A DNA stretch of 64,000 bases from Candidatus Helarchaeota archaeon. Lineage in GTDB: Archaea > Asgardarchaeota > Lokiarchaeia > Helarchaeales > RDOG01. The translations under genes were made by a program, and so were the position numbers. Location: positions 1,201,432-1,265,431 of the forward strand of contig JAHPZH010000001.1 of NCBI GenBank assembly GCA_019058315.1, written 5' to 3'. Shown piece by piece: positions 1 through 9,445 of this stretch. The notes below the pieces were generated by a model. It was not told where the DNA came from and made no database searches. It was given only the letters and a program-made list of their open reading frames with translations. The stretch's first letter is position 1. Each line of letters begins with the position of its first letter.

Positions 1-1055
1 CACAAAACGAAGTGCCAGAATATATGAGTAGAAGATTACCCCAAGTTGGTGGTAGATTTCTTCAGATGGAGGATGAGATTGGAAGCATTGCAGCAGTGGT
101 AGGAGCTGCAATTACTGGTGTAAAAGCTATGACAAGTACAAGCGGGCCAGGTTTTTCGCTTATGCAAGAGATTTTCTCTTGGGCTGCGTGTATAGAATTA
201 CCAATTGTAATTGCTGATGTGCAGCGGACAGGTCCCGGAAGTGGCGTTGTTTCATTACCACATCATTCAGATATTATGCAAGCACATTGGGGAGGAAATG
301 GAGAGTATCAAATAATTGCTTACGCCCCATGTACTTGTCAAGAATTATTCGACTTTGGGATTGAAGCTTTTAATGATTCAGAAACATGGAGAACACCAGT
401 AGTTATCTTTAGCGATGCTTGGCTGGGACATATTTACGAACGTGTCATAATTCCTGAATCTGATGAATTAAATAAGAAAATTGTCCAGAGAAAAATCTAT
501 GAAGGTAACCCAGCAACATATAAAGGTGCTTCTTGGAAAGATAGGGACGGAAATATTGTTATTTCAGAACCTCCTATTCTTGGTAATGATTTTTTCCCTG
601 ACTGGTTACCTTCAGTGACACACACTCCAACATATTTTGCCTCAGAAGATTCAGATGTTTCCTATAAGATGATTGAGGCAATTAATCAAAAAATTCTCGA
701 TAATGAAGAAAAAATCGTTAAAGTTCAAAAGTTAAATTTAGATGATGCAGATATTGCGATTATATGCTATGGATTACCATTTAGGACTGCAAAAACAGCA
801 ATGAAACAAGCACGAAAAGAAGGCATTAAAGCAGGAATTTTAAGATTAGTAACACCATGGCCTTTTGCAAAACAAGAAATTAAAAAATTATCAGAAAGTG
901 TGAAAAAAATAATTGTTTTAGAAATGAATTGGGGCCAAATTCTCACATATGTTGAAGCAGCAGTAGAGGATGGAACATCCGTCCATTTTATCCCTGAAAT
1001 ATCTAAAATACCTGAACCAAAAAAGATTCTTGATAAAATTAGGGAGGTTATGTAA
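1..1055 (+). CDS. korA: 2-oxoacid:ferredoxin oxidoreductase alpha subunit (5'-truncated by the window edge)
   Basis: Motifs QMEDEIGS, TSTSGPGFSLMQE, DVQRTGPGSG. The frame is open to the window start (..QNEVPEY). Followed by the beta and gamma subunits. Substrate specificity is not determinable. Confidence 0.9.
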   Translation, partial: QNEVPEYMSRRLPQVGGRFLQMEDEIGSIAAVVGAAITGVKAMTSTSGPGFSLMQEIFSWAACIELPIVIADVQRTGPGSGVVSLPHHSDIMQAHWGGNGEYQIIAYAPCTCQELFDFGIEAFNDSETWRTPVVIFSDAWLGHIYERVIIPESDELNKKIVQRKIYEGNPATYKGASWKDRDGNIVISEPPILGNDFFPDWLPSVTHTPTYFASEDSDVSYKMIEAINQKILDNEEKIVKVQKLNLDDADIAIICYGLPFRTAKTAMKQARKEGIKAGILRLVTPWPFAKQEIKKLSESVKKIIVLEMNWGQILTYVEAAVEDGTSVHFIPEISKIPEPKKILDKIREVM

Positions 1056-1924
1056 TGTCTATAAGAATTCCTGAAGATGAAAAACCTGACCATCCTTATA
1101 CTCCTACGACGTTTACTGGACGAAAATTCGGTACAGTAGTTTCTTTCTTTTGTTCGGGTTGTGGCTATGGAGCTATTGCGCAGATGCTTTGTAGAATATA
1201 CGAAGATAATAAGCTAGATATGAACAAATATCCCATAGTAAATGGTGTTGGATGTTATACAATGATCCCTTTGATCTTGCCTGGGAAAACATTTATGTGT
1301 CTCCATGGAAGAGGTCCTGCAGTTGCTACGGGCATCAAGATGGCACATCCTGAAATGAAACCGATTTCAATTCAAGGTGATGGAGATGCACTTTCAATAG
1401 GAACTAATCATTTCATTCACGCTGCCAGAAGAAATGTCGATATGGTCCTTTTATTATTACACAATAAAGTCTATGGTATGACAGGAGGGCAATTAGCACC
1501 AACTATGCCTGAAGAATGGAAGGCATCAACTGCACCCTATGGATTCAAAGAATATACAATAGATGCAGTGAAATTAGCTTTGACTGCGGGTGCAACATAT
1601 GTAGCAAGATGGACTACAGCTCATCCCAGACAATTTATGAAGTCAATGACAAAAGCTTTAATTGAGCATAAAGGATTCGCATTAGTTGAAATAGTGAGTC
1701 AATGTCCTACATATTTCGGAAGGAGAAATGATATGGGAGATCCAGTAGAGTTATTCAATTGGATCAAAGATAATTCCATTAATATCAATAAGGCTAAAAC
1801 GATGAGTGAAAAAGAGTTGTTAGATAAAATTATAATTGGAGAATTTCATGAAGAAAGAAAACCTACTCTGTCAGAAAGATATATGGAAATAATAGATTCA
1901 CTAGATAAGGAGAAGAAAAAATGA
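1055..1924 (+). CDS. korB: 2-oxoacid:ferredoxin oxidoreductase beta subunit (TPP-binding)
   Basis: FCSGCG, GVGC, LHGR, GDGDALSIG TPP motif, YGMTGGQ, SQCPT. Confidence 0.92.
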   Translation: MSIRIPEDEKPDHPYTPTTFTGRKFGTVVSFFCSGCGYGAIAQMLCRIYEDNKLDMNKYPIVNGVGCYTMIPLILPGKTFMCLHGRGPAVATGIKMAHPEMKPISIQGDGDALSIGTNHFIHAARRNVDMVLLLLHNKVYGMTGGQLAPTMPEEWKASTAPYGFKEYTIDAVKLALTAGATYVARWTTAHPRQFMKSMTKALIEHKGFALVEIVSQCPTYFGRRNDMGDPVELFNWIKDNSININKAKTMSEKELLDKIIIGEFHEERKPTLSERYMEIIDSLDKEKKK

Positions 1925-2481
1925 CTCGAACGGAAATTAAAATTTCAGGTTACGGTGGACAAGGTGTTATTACTTTAGCTAAATTAATTACTGCTGCAGT
2001 TATTATGCACTCTGATAACTTGGAAGCCACTCAAACGGAAAGCTACGGAGCTGCTGCGAGAGGTGGAGCTTGCTGGGCAGAAGTCGTTATAGATGAGGAA
2101 GAAATTGATTATCCTAGGGCAGTTCCTGGAAATGTTGACATTGGAATATTTTTCACTGATGAGGCAGTAGGTTCGTTCCTGAAGAGTGTTAAAAAGAAAG
2201 GAGGAACAATAATCTATGATCCGCTTACTATTAAAAAGGTTAGAGCTAAAAAAGCTCAAAGTTTATATGCTGTTCCTGCATTAGAAACAGCTAGAAAAGA
2301 ATTTTCTCCCGTTGTTGCTAATGTAATCATGTTCGGAGCCGTATTAGGTCTCACTAATATATTAAGCAAAGAAATTGGAAAGAAAGCAGTAGAGGGTTTT
2401 GTACCCAAAAAAGCAGTCGATCTTAACCTTAAAGCTTTTGAAAAAGGATACCAAATGGGTCAAGAAATTAAAATTCAATAA
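1921..2481 (+). CDS. korC: 2-oxoacid:ferredoxin oxidoreductase gamma subunit
   Basis: SGYGGQGV, SYGAAARGG, NVIMFGA, NLKAFEKG; ATGA overlap with the beta subunit. Confidence 0.9.
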   Translation: MTRTEIKISGYGGQGVITLAKLITAAVIMHSDNLEATQTESYGAAARGGACWAEVVIDEEEIDYPRAVPGNVDIGIFFTDEAVGSFLKSVKKKGGTIIYDPLTIKKVRAKKAQSLYAVPALETARKEFSPVVANVIMFGAVLGLTNILSKEIGKKAVEGFVPKKAVDLNLKAFEKGYQMGQEIKIQ

Positions 2482-2506
2482 ATTTTTTTATTTTAAGATT
2501 TTATAT

Positions 2507-3388
2507 TCACATTTTCTTTAAAATTGAAGAACATTTTGAGCAAGAATATACTCCATCTGTTTTAACTTGATAATAAATTGCACAATTTTCGCAATATAGA
2601 ATTATATCTTTTTTTTCTACAGCTGTATCCTTATTTAATAATTGAGTTATATATGCAATTTGGGTTTCTGCCCAACGAACTCCATCTTCATATTCAGCAG
2701 TTTTTGCCCAATGTAAAGCGTTTTCAAGAGAGAAGAGTGCTTCCAAATTATTTCCAGATTGAAAATTTGCACTAGCTCGATTTGCAAATTTATTATAATT
2801 TTCATATGCCCCATCATAAAGTACTTTAGGTTGTATCTCAGCCTCTTCGGTCTGTGTTAATTTATCAATAAATTCTGGGTCGAGAACCATTTGAACAAGA
2901 GTCCTAAATACCAGATCTATAAATTTTCCAGATTTTGCACTAGTATCAAAATATATGGTTTCATGTTTTTTGGCAATATTTGTGCCCTCCTCAGAAGTAA
3001 CTACATGGTTTGGTAAATCAAATTTATTACCGACAATTACTATTGGAATCTTTCCTCGGTTATCAAATACTTCTTTAATCCATTTATCAATATTATTAAA
3101 ACTTGTTCGATTAGTTTTATCGAATACTACAAGTCCACATGATGCACCCGTATAATACATGGGTCGGATATAACTAAATTGCTCTTGACCGCCAGTATCC
3201 CAAACTTGAAATTTAACACGTTGACCATAGACATCCATCATTTTTACGCTAAAATCAACCCCAATTGTAACTTTATAATCATCTCTAAATTTTCCTTCTG
3301 CGAAACGAACACTAATAGCAGTCTTACCTACAGTTGCATCCCCAACTATAATACATTTTAATAGATAATCGTACCGATCCTTGCTCAG
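2507..3388 (-). CDS. Rab-like small GTPase with C-terminal helical (TPR-like) segment and zinc ribbon, ~293 aa; probable CTG start
   Basis: Extending the called ORF (3241) by 49 in-frame codons gives LSKDRYDYLLKCIIVGDATVGKT...YKVTIGVDF (G1, G2, RabF1). Then WDTGGQ (G3), YYTGA, NKFD (G4), TSAK (G5) and C-terminal CENC..CSKC. No in-frame ATG/GTG/TTG before the upstream stop (~3451). Confidence 0.9.
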   Translation of the reverse strand: MSKDRYDYLLKCIIVGDATVGKTAISVRFAEGKFRDDYKVTIGVDFSVKMMDVYGQRVKFQVWDTGGQEQFSYIRPMYYTGASCGLVVFDKTNRTSFNNIDKWIKEVFDNRGKIPIVIVGNKFDLPNHVVTSEEGTNIAKKHETIYFDTSAKSGKFIDLVFRTLVQMVLDPEFIDKLTQTEEAEIQPKVLYDGAYENYNKFANRASANFQSGNNLEALFSLENALHWAKTAEYEDGVRWAETQIAYITQLLNKDTAVEKKDIILYCENCAIYYQVKTDGVYSCSKCSSILKKM

Positions 3389-3571
3389 TTTTTTCCTACC
3401 CCAAATTATATTTCGTTTTTTCTTTTTAATATTTTTAGTAAAATATTTCTATTTAAATTAGATTTAATATTAATGATTAATATTGAAATAAAACAGTCTA
3501 ATTGCTGTTAAATAATCATTAACCGATAATAAAGAATCTTTCGAGATATAAAAGGAGAATAAGAAAGAAAC

Positions 3572-3856
3572 TTATTCTTTTGCATAATATATGGTCCCTT
3601 TATCAGCAAAAACATAGTCTTTTTTACGCTTCGTTACTACTTTGACTCCAAGTAACTCAGCAACTCTTAATAACTCAGTAGGTGACTTAAACCTAATCCA
3701 CATTTTCGCTCTTGGAATACTGACAGTGTGAGTTTGGACAATAGTATTACCTTTAGAATCAGTTGTTGTAGTTTGATATCTAACAGGGACACCTTTATGC
3801 ATAAAATCGTTTTTACTTTGACCCATCATATCTTTAGCTTCTATAATTTCTACCAA
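3572..3856 (-). CDS. Hypothetical protein, paralogue 3 of a tandem triplet (94 aa, long beta-hairpin insert)
   Basis: Shares MVEIIE.KDM.G.SKNDF and W..F....EL.R.AE.LG.K...KR..DYVFA..GTIYY with its neighbours; AAGGAG upstream of the TTG start. Confidence 0.85.
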   Translation of the reverse strand: MVEIIEAKDMMGQSKNDFMHKGVPVRYQTTTTDSKGNTIVQTHTVSIPRAKMWIRFKSPTELLRVAELLGVKVVTKRKKDYVFADKGTIYYAKE

Positions 3857-3875
3857 CTTTATAACTCCTTCATTT

Positions 3876-4112
3876 TTAATATTCTTGGCAATAATAAATC
3901 GTCCCTTGGTCCGCGAACACGTAATCGTTGCCCCTTTTATTTATTACCTTTATCCCTAACATTTCCGCGGTCCTTTTTAAATCACTTAACGAGTCGAATT
4001 CAATCCACATCATTGCACGAGGTAAACTATCAATTCCAACCTGAATTCCTTTATGTAAAAAATCATTTTTAGATTGACCCATCATATCTTTCGCTTCAAT
4101 TATTTCTACCAT
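3876..4112 (-). CDS. Hypothetical protein, paralogue 2 of a tandem triplet (~78 aa)
   Basis: Same family; start placed at the MVEIIE methionine by homology to the neighbours. Confidence 0.85.
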   Translation of the reverse strand: MVEIIEAKDMMGQSKNDFLHKGIQVGIDSLPRAMMWIEFDSLSDLKRTAEMLGIKVINKRGNDYVFADQGTIYYCQEY

Positions 4113-4130
4113 TCTTAACACCTAACTTGC

Positions 4131-4337
4131 CTATTCTTTCGCGTAAAAGATCGTACCAGCCAATGCAAACACATAGTCGTTTTTTCTTTTAATAATGAAC
4201 TTAATTCCATATGCCTCGGCAGCACGTTTAAGTTCTGCGACATCCTCATATTCTATCCACATATTAGCTAGAGTTTTATTTCGAAAGTCATTTTTAGAAT
4301 GACCAACCATGTCCTTTACTTCAATTATTTCTACCAT
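4131..4337 (-). CDS. Hypothetical protein, paralogue 1 of a tandem triplet (68 aa)
   Basis: Same family; shortest variant. Confidence 0.85.
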   Translation of the reverse strand: MVEIIEVKDMVGHSKNDFRNKTLANMWIEYEDVAELKRAAEAYGIKFIIKRKNDYVFALAGTIFYAKE

Positions 4338-4562
4338 TTTTCCCTAACTCATTTATTTTTTTTAATTAAGTCTATTAATATTTCAAATTTGTTCTTTATG
4401 GAAAATTAATTTGTATTTAATAATATGCTTTAAAAAAAATTTAATATTTTGGATTATTAAAAATAGATCAATAAAATCAGTTATATTATTAAAAATTAAG
4501 TAAGAAATATTATTATTAATAAATTACAAAATTTTTTAAAAATGGAATAATAGTGAGAACAA

Positions 4563-5078
4563 ATGCCTGATTTTCAAGCAGAAGTAGAGATAATGGAGTT
4601 AGATGGGTTCGGTTATAAGATGAAAGAGTTTCTTGGCGTATTTAAAGGGGAATTAATAGATTATCGAATTAGAATTGAAAGGTCAAAGGATGTAAAAACT
4701 AAGGATCCAATGACAAAAGCAAAAGTTATTGTTGGAAATAAATTTAAAATTGAAAAAGATAAGATGAAACTAATTGTACAAGCTACAAAAGATAAAGATT
4801 ACTTAAAAGTAATTATTGCTCCTGAAAAACCAGATAAATTTGTATCAGATGAATTTTATGATATAGTTACCTCATGTCTTGCGAAAGCCAGAGAGGTTAT
4901 GATGAAGAGAGATGAACGAGAGGAATTTGAAGATTTTATATTGACTAAATTATCACAGATAGCAGATGGAACAGAAAAACAAACAGCTTTAACATGTATT
5001 AAATGTAAAGCACCTTTACCACCAACAAGAGTAGGAAATGTTGTTTGTCCTTATTGTAGTACAACAAATGTAATTTAA
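4563..5078 (+). CDS. Hypothetical protein with C-terminal zinc ribbon
   Basis: CIKC...CPYC at the C-terminus; divergent from the triplet. Confidence 0.75.
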   Translation: MPDFQAEVEIMELDGFGYKMKEFLGVFKGELIDYRIRIERSKDVKTKDPMTKAKVIVGNKFKIEKDKMKLIVQATKDKDYLKVIIAPEKPDKFVSDEFYDIVTSCLAKAREVMMKRDEREEFEDFILTKLSQIADGTEKQTALTCIKCKAPLPPTRVGNVVCPYCSTTNVI

Positions 5079-6715
5079 CTATTTAAAAAGATAAGATTAA
5101 AATAATTAATTAACACTTCTTTTCTTTCAAACTCATTAGTTATCTCTTTAAGTTGTTTAAAAAACAAATCATTATAATAGTCTGATTGTTCTTTTTGTTC
5201 TTTTAATTTATTTTGATTCAACAATTCTAATAATAATAAACATTTCTCTACTTCAGAATGAGCCTTTTCAACTATTTGAAGGGGATTTTCAATTATCTTT
5301 GTATAATTAAATCTAAAAGCTTGTTTTATTAAGAATTTTAAATACAAAAAATATTGTTCTGTAAAAATTTTATTATTTGAAACATAGGGTTTACTTATTA
5401 GTGCCATGATTTTTTCAATGTCTTTGAGTTTTTCATGTAAATTCATATTTTCAATTTGTATTGTTAAATTTGATAATATTTTTGTTTTTTGACAATTATC
5501 GTCAAGTTCATTTAATTTCGATATATAAAATGAGATCAAATCTTCGTCTATCATTTCATTTATGTCAGATAATAAGTCAATTAGTTGTTGATTGATTTTC
5601 AAAAATAAATCTTGATTTGATATTAAATTCATTTGTAAAATAATTTCTTTAAATAATTCCTTACCAGCTTTGAACCTCTTCAAATTATAAAAGGACTTAA
5701 GAAGCTCAAGTTTAATTATTAATGAACTAAAGTTGTCTTGATATTTTGTGATCATTTCATAAATTTTTTCATGATATTGAATTTTTTTCGATTTGTTATC
5801 TAAATTTTGAATGATTTTAATGAATGTTTTAAATAAAGATGCTCTAGAAAAATCTCCAGGAGTTTTCTGGATAAGTAAAATTAAGAAATCCAATAATTCT
5901 TCAATTTCATCAAATCTGCTTTTTGTATATAAAAAATCAGAATAATTCACAAAAGTTTCAGCCCTAAACACATCATCTTCTACTATTTTTGATAACTCAT
6001 TAACTCTAAGTGCAATTTCCTTGTTATTTGTTTTGATTGCTAAAAGATAATAATTATTTATTATCTCTTTGAGAGTTTCGTCACGTAAAATCTGAAACTT
6101 AATTAATTGTGCCCTCTGAATTGCAAACTTAATCAAATTTTCATCAAGAAGATGTACAGCAATTTCAGATGAATAGATTACAAATTTTTTGTTTATAGAA
6201 TCTATTGAAGTATATTCAGTTAGAATCTCGGGCGACAAATAAATATTTTTTGGTTTAAAAAGCCAATTAAGCATAATTATTGTATTTATTTTAAAAATAT
6301 TTTCTATCTCTGCTTCAATTTTCTTGATCTCTTCTAATAAATAGTTCTTATTAGCATAAAATGATAAAAATTTTAATTTTTCTAACCAAGATTGTATTTT
6401 GTAATAAGGAACCTCAATTTTTGGAATCAGTTTATTCATAATACTTTCAATACTTTTAAAATCATCACATTTTAAGGATTTAAAAAGTGTATTTATAGAT
6501 TCATTTATTATTTTGGACCGTGCAAGAATATTTGGTTCCAAATCTATTGTTGAAATAAATTTTTTAATGTATTTTTCAGCATATTTAAAATTTTTCCTAG
6601 AAATGAAATATTTAAGAATATAAATTAGTATTTCTGATTTGTTTGAAGTATATTTTAAATTTCCTAATTCTTTTTCCACTTTTTCAATAGAATTGGTCAA
6701 ATATATTAATTCCAA
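5075..6715 (-). CDS. All-helical repeat (TPR/HEAT-like solenoid) protein
   Basis: 546-aa open frame with repeated amphipathic helices of ~40-aa period (e.g. SKIVEDDVFRAETF, IQKTPGDFSRASLF). Confidence 0.6.
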   Translation of the reverse strand: MELIYLTNSIEKVEKELGNLKYTSNKSEILIYILKYFISRKNFKYAEKYIKKFISTIDLEPNILARSKIINESINTLFKSLKCDDFKSIESIMNKLIPKIEVPYYKIQSWLEKLKFLSFYANKNYLLEEIKKIEAEIENIFKINTIIMLNWLFKPKNIYLSPEILTEYTSIDSINKKFVIYSSEIAVHLLDENLIKFAIQRAQLIKFQILRDETLKEIINNYYLLAIKTNNKEIALRVNELSKIVEDDVFRAETFVNYSDFLYTKSRFDEIEELLDFLILLIQKTPGDFSRASLFKTFIKIIQNLDNKSKKIQYHEKIYEMITKYQDNFSSLIIKLELLKSFYNLKRFKAGKELFKEIILQMNLISNQDLFLKINQQLIDLLSDINEMIDEDLISFYISKLNELDDNCQKTKILSNLTIQIENMNLHEKLKDIEKIMALISKPYVSNNKIFTEQYFLYLKFLIKQAFRFNYTKIIENPLQIVEKAHSEVEKCLLLLELLNQNKLKEQKEQSDYYNDLFFKQLKEITNEFERKEVLINYFNLIFLNS

Positions 6716-6821
6716 TAATTGTTTTTAACGAAAAATTAAATAGATTTTCTCTTTATTTTTATATTTTCTTATTTATAAAAATTTAAAAATCATTTAAATT
6801 TAAAAGATTTAGTGAAAAAAA

Positions 6822-7781
6822 TTGCCCAATCTTGATGTAATGCTTATCGGTATGGGACTTTCGTTATTTTCAGCATGCATTTTTAATCTGGCTGGAGTTC
6901 TACAAAAAAGGGAAGTGGATAAACTTCCGGAATTACGATTTGATCAGGGTGTTAAGCATATAATTGAAACATTTATGGAATTTGCTAAAAATAAATTATG
7001 GGTTTTAGCTGTCATATTAGGGATTGCTGGAGCTCCATTTTATATGATTTCATTTGATATAATCGGTATAACTCTTGCACAGCCCTTGCAGGGTTTTGGT
7101 GTATTAGTGCTGGCTATCTTCTCAGTAAGGGTTTTGAAAGAACCATTAAATTCTTACGAAAAAATAGGAATTATCTTTCTATTGATCGCCCCTTTGTTAT
7201 TGGGTCTTGGAAGTATTCAAGGAAAAGTTGCAATTATAGAAAATTACGAATATTTCGCTCCTGTAATCTTGGGTTTATTGGGAATTCAGGAAAAAATTAC
7301 TAATATTAATGATTTTGGATTATTACTAATACTCTCCATTTTTACTATTATAGTCTTCATAGTTTCGGTAACCCTTTATTTGATTCATTTCAAAACTACT
7401 AAAGATCATGAAAAAATCTTTGCCATATTGGCAGGAATTGATTTTGCTATCGGTGCAATATATCTACAAATTCTTGTTCCAATCTTGGGAATTTTGTTAA
7501 GAGGGAATTCTCAAGCATTTTCAAATTACAGTTTATTATTTCTAATATCGGGCTTTATTTCAATTGCAGGAAACATCTTAGGTATTATGTTTATACAGGG
7601 TGCATTCCAAAAAGGCAAGGCAATTACTGTAGTTCCCTTCCAATCTACCTTTGGGACTCTACTACCAATCCTTGCTGGACTAATTATTTTTAGACAATCA
7701 ATTTTACAGCCGATCTTATTTATATTAGGTGTAATATTCATGTTAATTGGTGTAATCTCCTTATCAAGAATGCAAGAATGA
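6822..7781 (+). CDS. DMT/NIPA-like (EamA superfamily) membrane transporter
   Basis: ~9 hydrophobic helices; NLAGVLQK, LAQPL, VLKEPL, QGAFQKGKAITVVP. Confidence 0.7.
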   Translation: MPNLDVMLIGMGLSLFSACIFNLAGVLQKREVDKLPELRFDQGVKHIIETFMEFAKNKLWVLAVILGIAGAPFYMISFDIIGITLAQPLQGFGVLVLAIFSVRVLKEPLNSYEKIGIIFLLIAPLLLGLGSIQGKVAIIENYEYFAPVILGLLGIQEKITNINDFGLLLILSIFTIIVFIVSVTLYLIHFKTTKDHEKIFAILAGIDFAIGAIYLQILVPILGILLRGNSQAFSNYSLLFLISGFISIAGNILGIMFIQGAFQKGKAITVVPFQSTFGTLLPILAGLIIFRQSILQPILFILGVIFMLIGVISLSRMQE

Positions 7782-7864
7782 ATAATTAATACTATTGAAG
7801 ACTCATGAAAAAGTAGATTTTGAATATTATGAGGGTTCAAGATCACCTATAATATCGATTTATC

Positions 7865-9289
7865 CTATTTGGTTGATCTACTTAATTCTCTTACAAATGC
7901 CCCCATATTGGGTAATGCATTCGCTAAAAAACCTGGAACCATTCGCCAAAACCAAAGAAATTGAGGTTTTAAGAATTGCGGCAACTTTCGCAAGAGGAAA
8001 CCGTTAAAAAAACCTCTTAAATAAAAAGATTGATAAGCTTCTATAACTAAATCCCTGATTTCATCTATTGAAAGGTCTGGAGTTGCCATGATAGGATCAC
8101 ATAGATTCCATTGGTCAAAATCTGGTTCTTTAATCCACCCTTTTTCAATTGCTTCTTCATATAATTTTGTTTGTGGATAAGGAGTTAAGGGTGTGAATTG
8201 CATTATATCAATATCTAGGTCTTTTGCAAACTTGATTGTGTTGAGAACATCTTCTTTATTTTCACCTATATTACCAATAATTATTGAACCAAAAATAGTA
8301 ATTCCCCGGTCATGTAACATTTTCACCGCTTTTTTAATTTGTTCGATAGTAATCTTTTTCCCAATTTGATCAAGTGATTTCTGATAAACGCTCTCAATGC
8401 CAATAAGAAGCATTTTAAATCCAGCGTTTTGCATTTTATCAACAACATCGGGATTTTTTACAACATCATCTACTCTACCTTGAGCACTATACCATTTTCT
8501 TTGTAATCCATGTTCGATTATAAGATCACAAATTCTTCCGACCCTTTTCATATTTAATGTAAAGCTGCTGTCATAAAAAATATGCCAATATCTTCTTTTA
8601 TTCATTTGTAGCAATTCTTGAATTACTCTTTCAGGTGATTTTCGTCTCCACTGACGATGGTGGAACTTTGTAACACAGCAGAAATAGCAATTATGAGTGC
8701 AACCCCTGGCAGATTCCAACACGTCAACAGATGCGCCCATATAAGTATAATAATTATTTTTTACCAAAGTTCGATTTGGAAATGGAAGTACATCGAGATC
8801 TTCAATTAGAGGACGATCTTCGTTATGATATACACTTCCATTTTGGGAATAACTTATACCTAAAATATCTTTAACACTACTCCCCTGTTCAATTGCTTTT
8901 ATCAGTGCTGGAAAAGTAATCTCGCCTTCACCGCGAACAATATAATCTATCTCTGGCTTTTCAATTGTTTCTGGAACTAAAGTCGGTTGATAACCACCAA
9001 CAATAGTCGTAACATCATGTTCTTTTGCAATTTTGCAGATTTCTCCGGTTGTTGAGGTTGAAGGTGTCAGATTTGTAACTCCTATGACATCTGCACTGGC
9101 AATTTTTTTTGAAATCCTCCAAGCTGATTGTTTGCGATATTTAAGATCTAAAATTTCAACATCATGTTCTGGTACTGTAGCCGCAATTGACATTAATCCC
9201 AAGGGTGGCGCTTTTATAAAACGCTCAAGACCAATAACACCTTTTTTACTCTTTTCTGGATTCGTCGGATTAATTAACAAAATTTTCAA
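7865..9289 (-). CDS. Cobalamin-binding class B radical SAM protein
   Basis: N-terminal B12 domain (PPLGLMSIAA, GGYQPT, VRGEGE); RGCTHNCYFC CxxxCxxC motif; GIES; TPYPQT. Confidence 0.9.
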   Translation of the reverse strand: MKILLINPTNPEKSKKGVIGLERFIKAPPLGLMSIAATVPEHDVEILDLKYRKQSAWRISKKIASADVIGVTNLTPSTSTTGEICKIAKEHDVTTIVGGYQPTLVPETIEKPEIDYIVRGEGEITFPALIKAIEQGSSVKDILGISYSQNGSVYHNEDRPLIEDLDVLPFPNRTLVKNNYYTYMGASVDVLESARGCTHNCYFCCVTKFHHRQWRRKSPERVIQELLQMNKRRYWHIFYDSSFTLNMKRVGRICDLIIEHGLQRKWYSAQGRVDDVVKNPDVVDKMQNAGFKMLLIGIESVYQKSLDQIGKKITIEQIKKAVKMLHDRGITIFGSIIIGNIGENKEDVLNTIKFAKDLDIDIMQFTPLTPYPQTKLYEEAIEKGWIKEPDFDQWNLCDPIMATPDLSIDEIRDLVIEAYQSFYLRGFFNGFLLRKLPQFLKPQFLWFWRMVPGFLANALPNMGAFVRELSRSTK

Positions 9290-9445
9290 TTAAAAATCCC
9301 TCAATTAAGTAATAAATAATGAAATCTTTTATAAAACGATATTTTTTCATATTTAAAGATATTTATTCAATTTTCTAGTTATAAAATACTTTATAAATAT
9401 AAATCTTCAAAATTATGATAAAAGATTTGATTGAAATTGAGTTAA

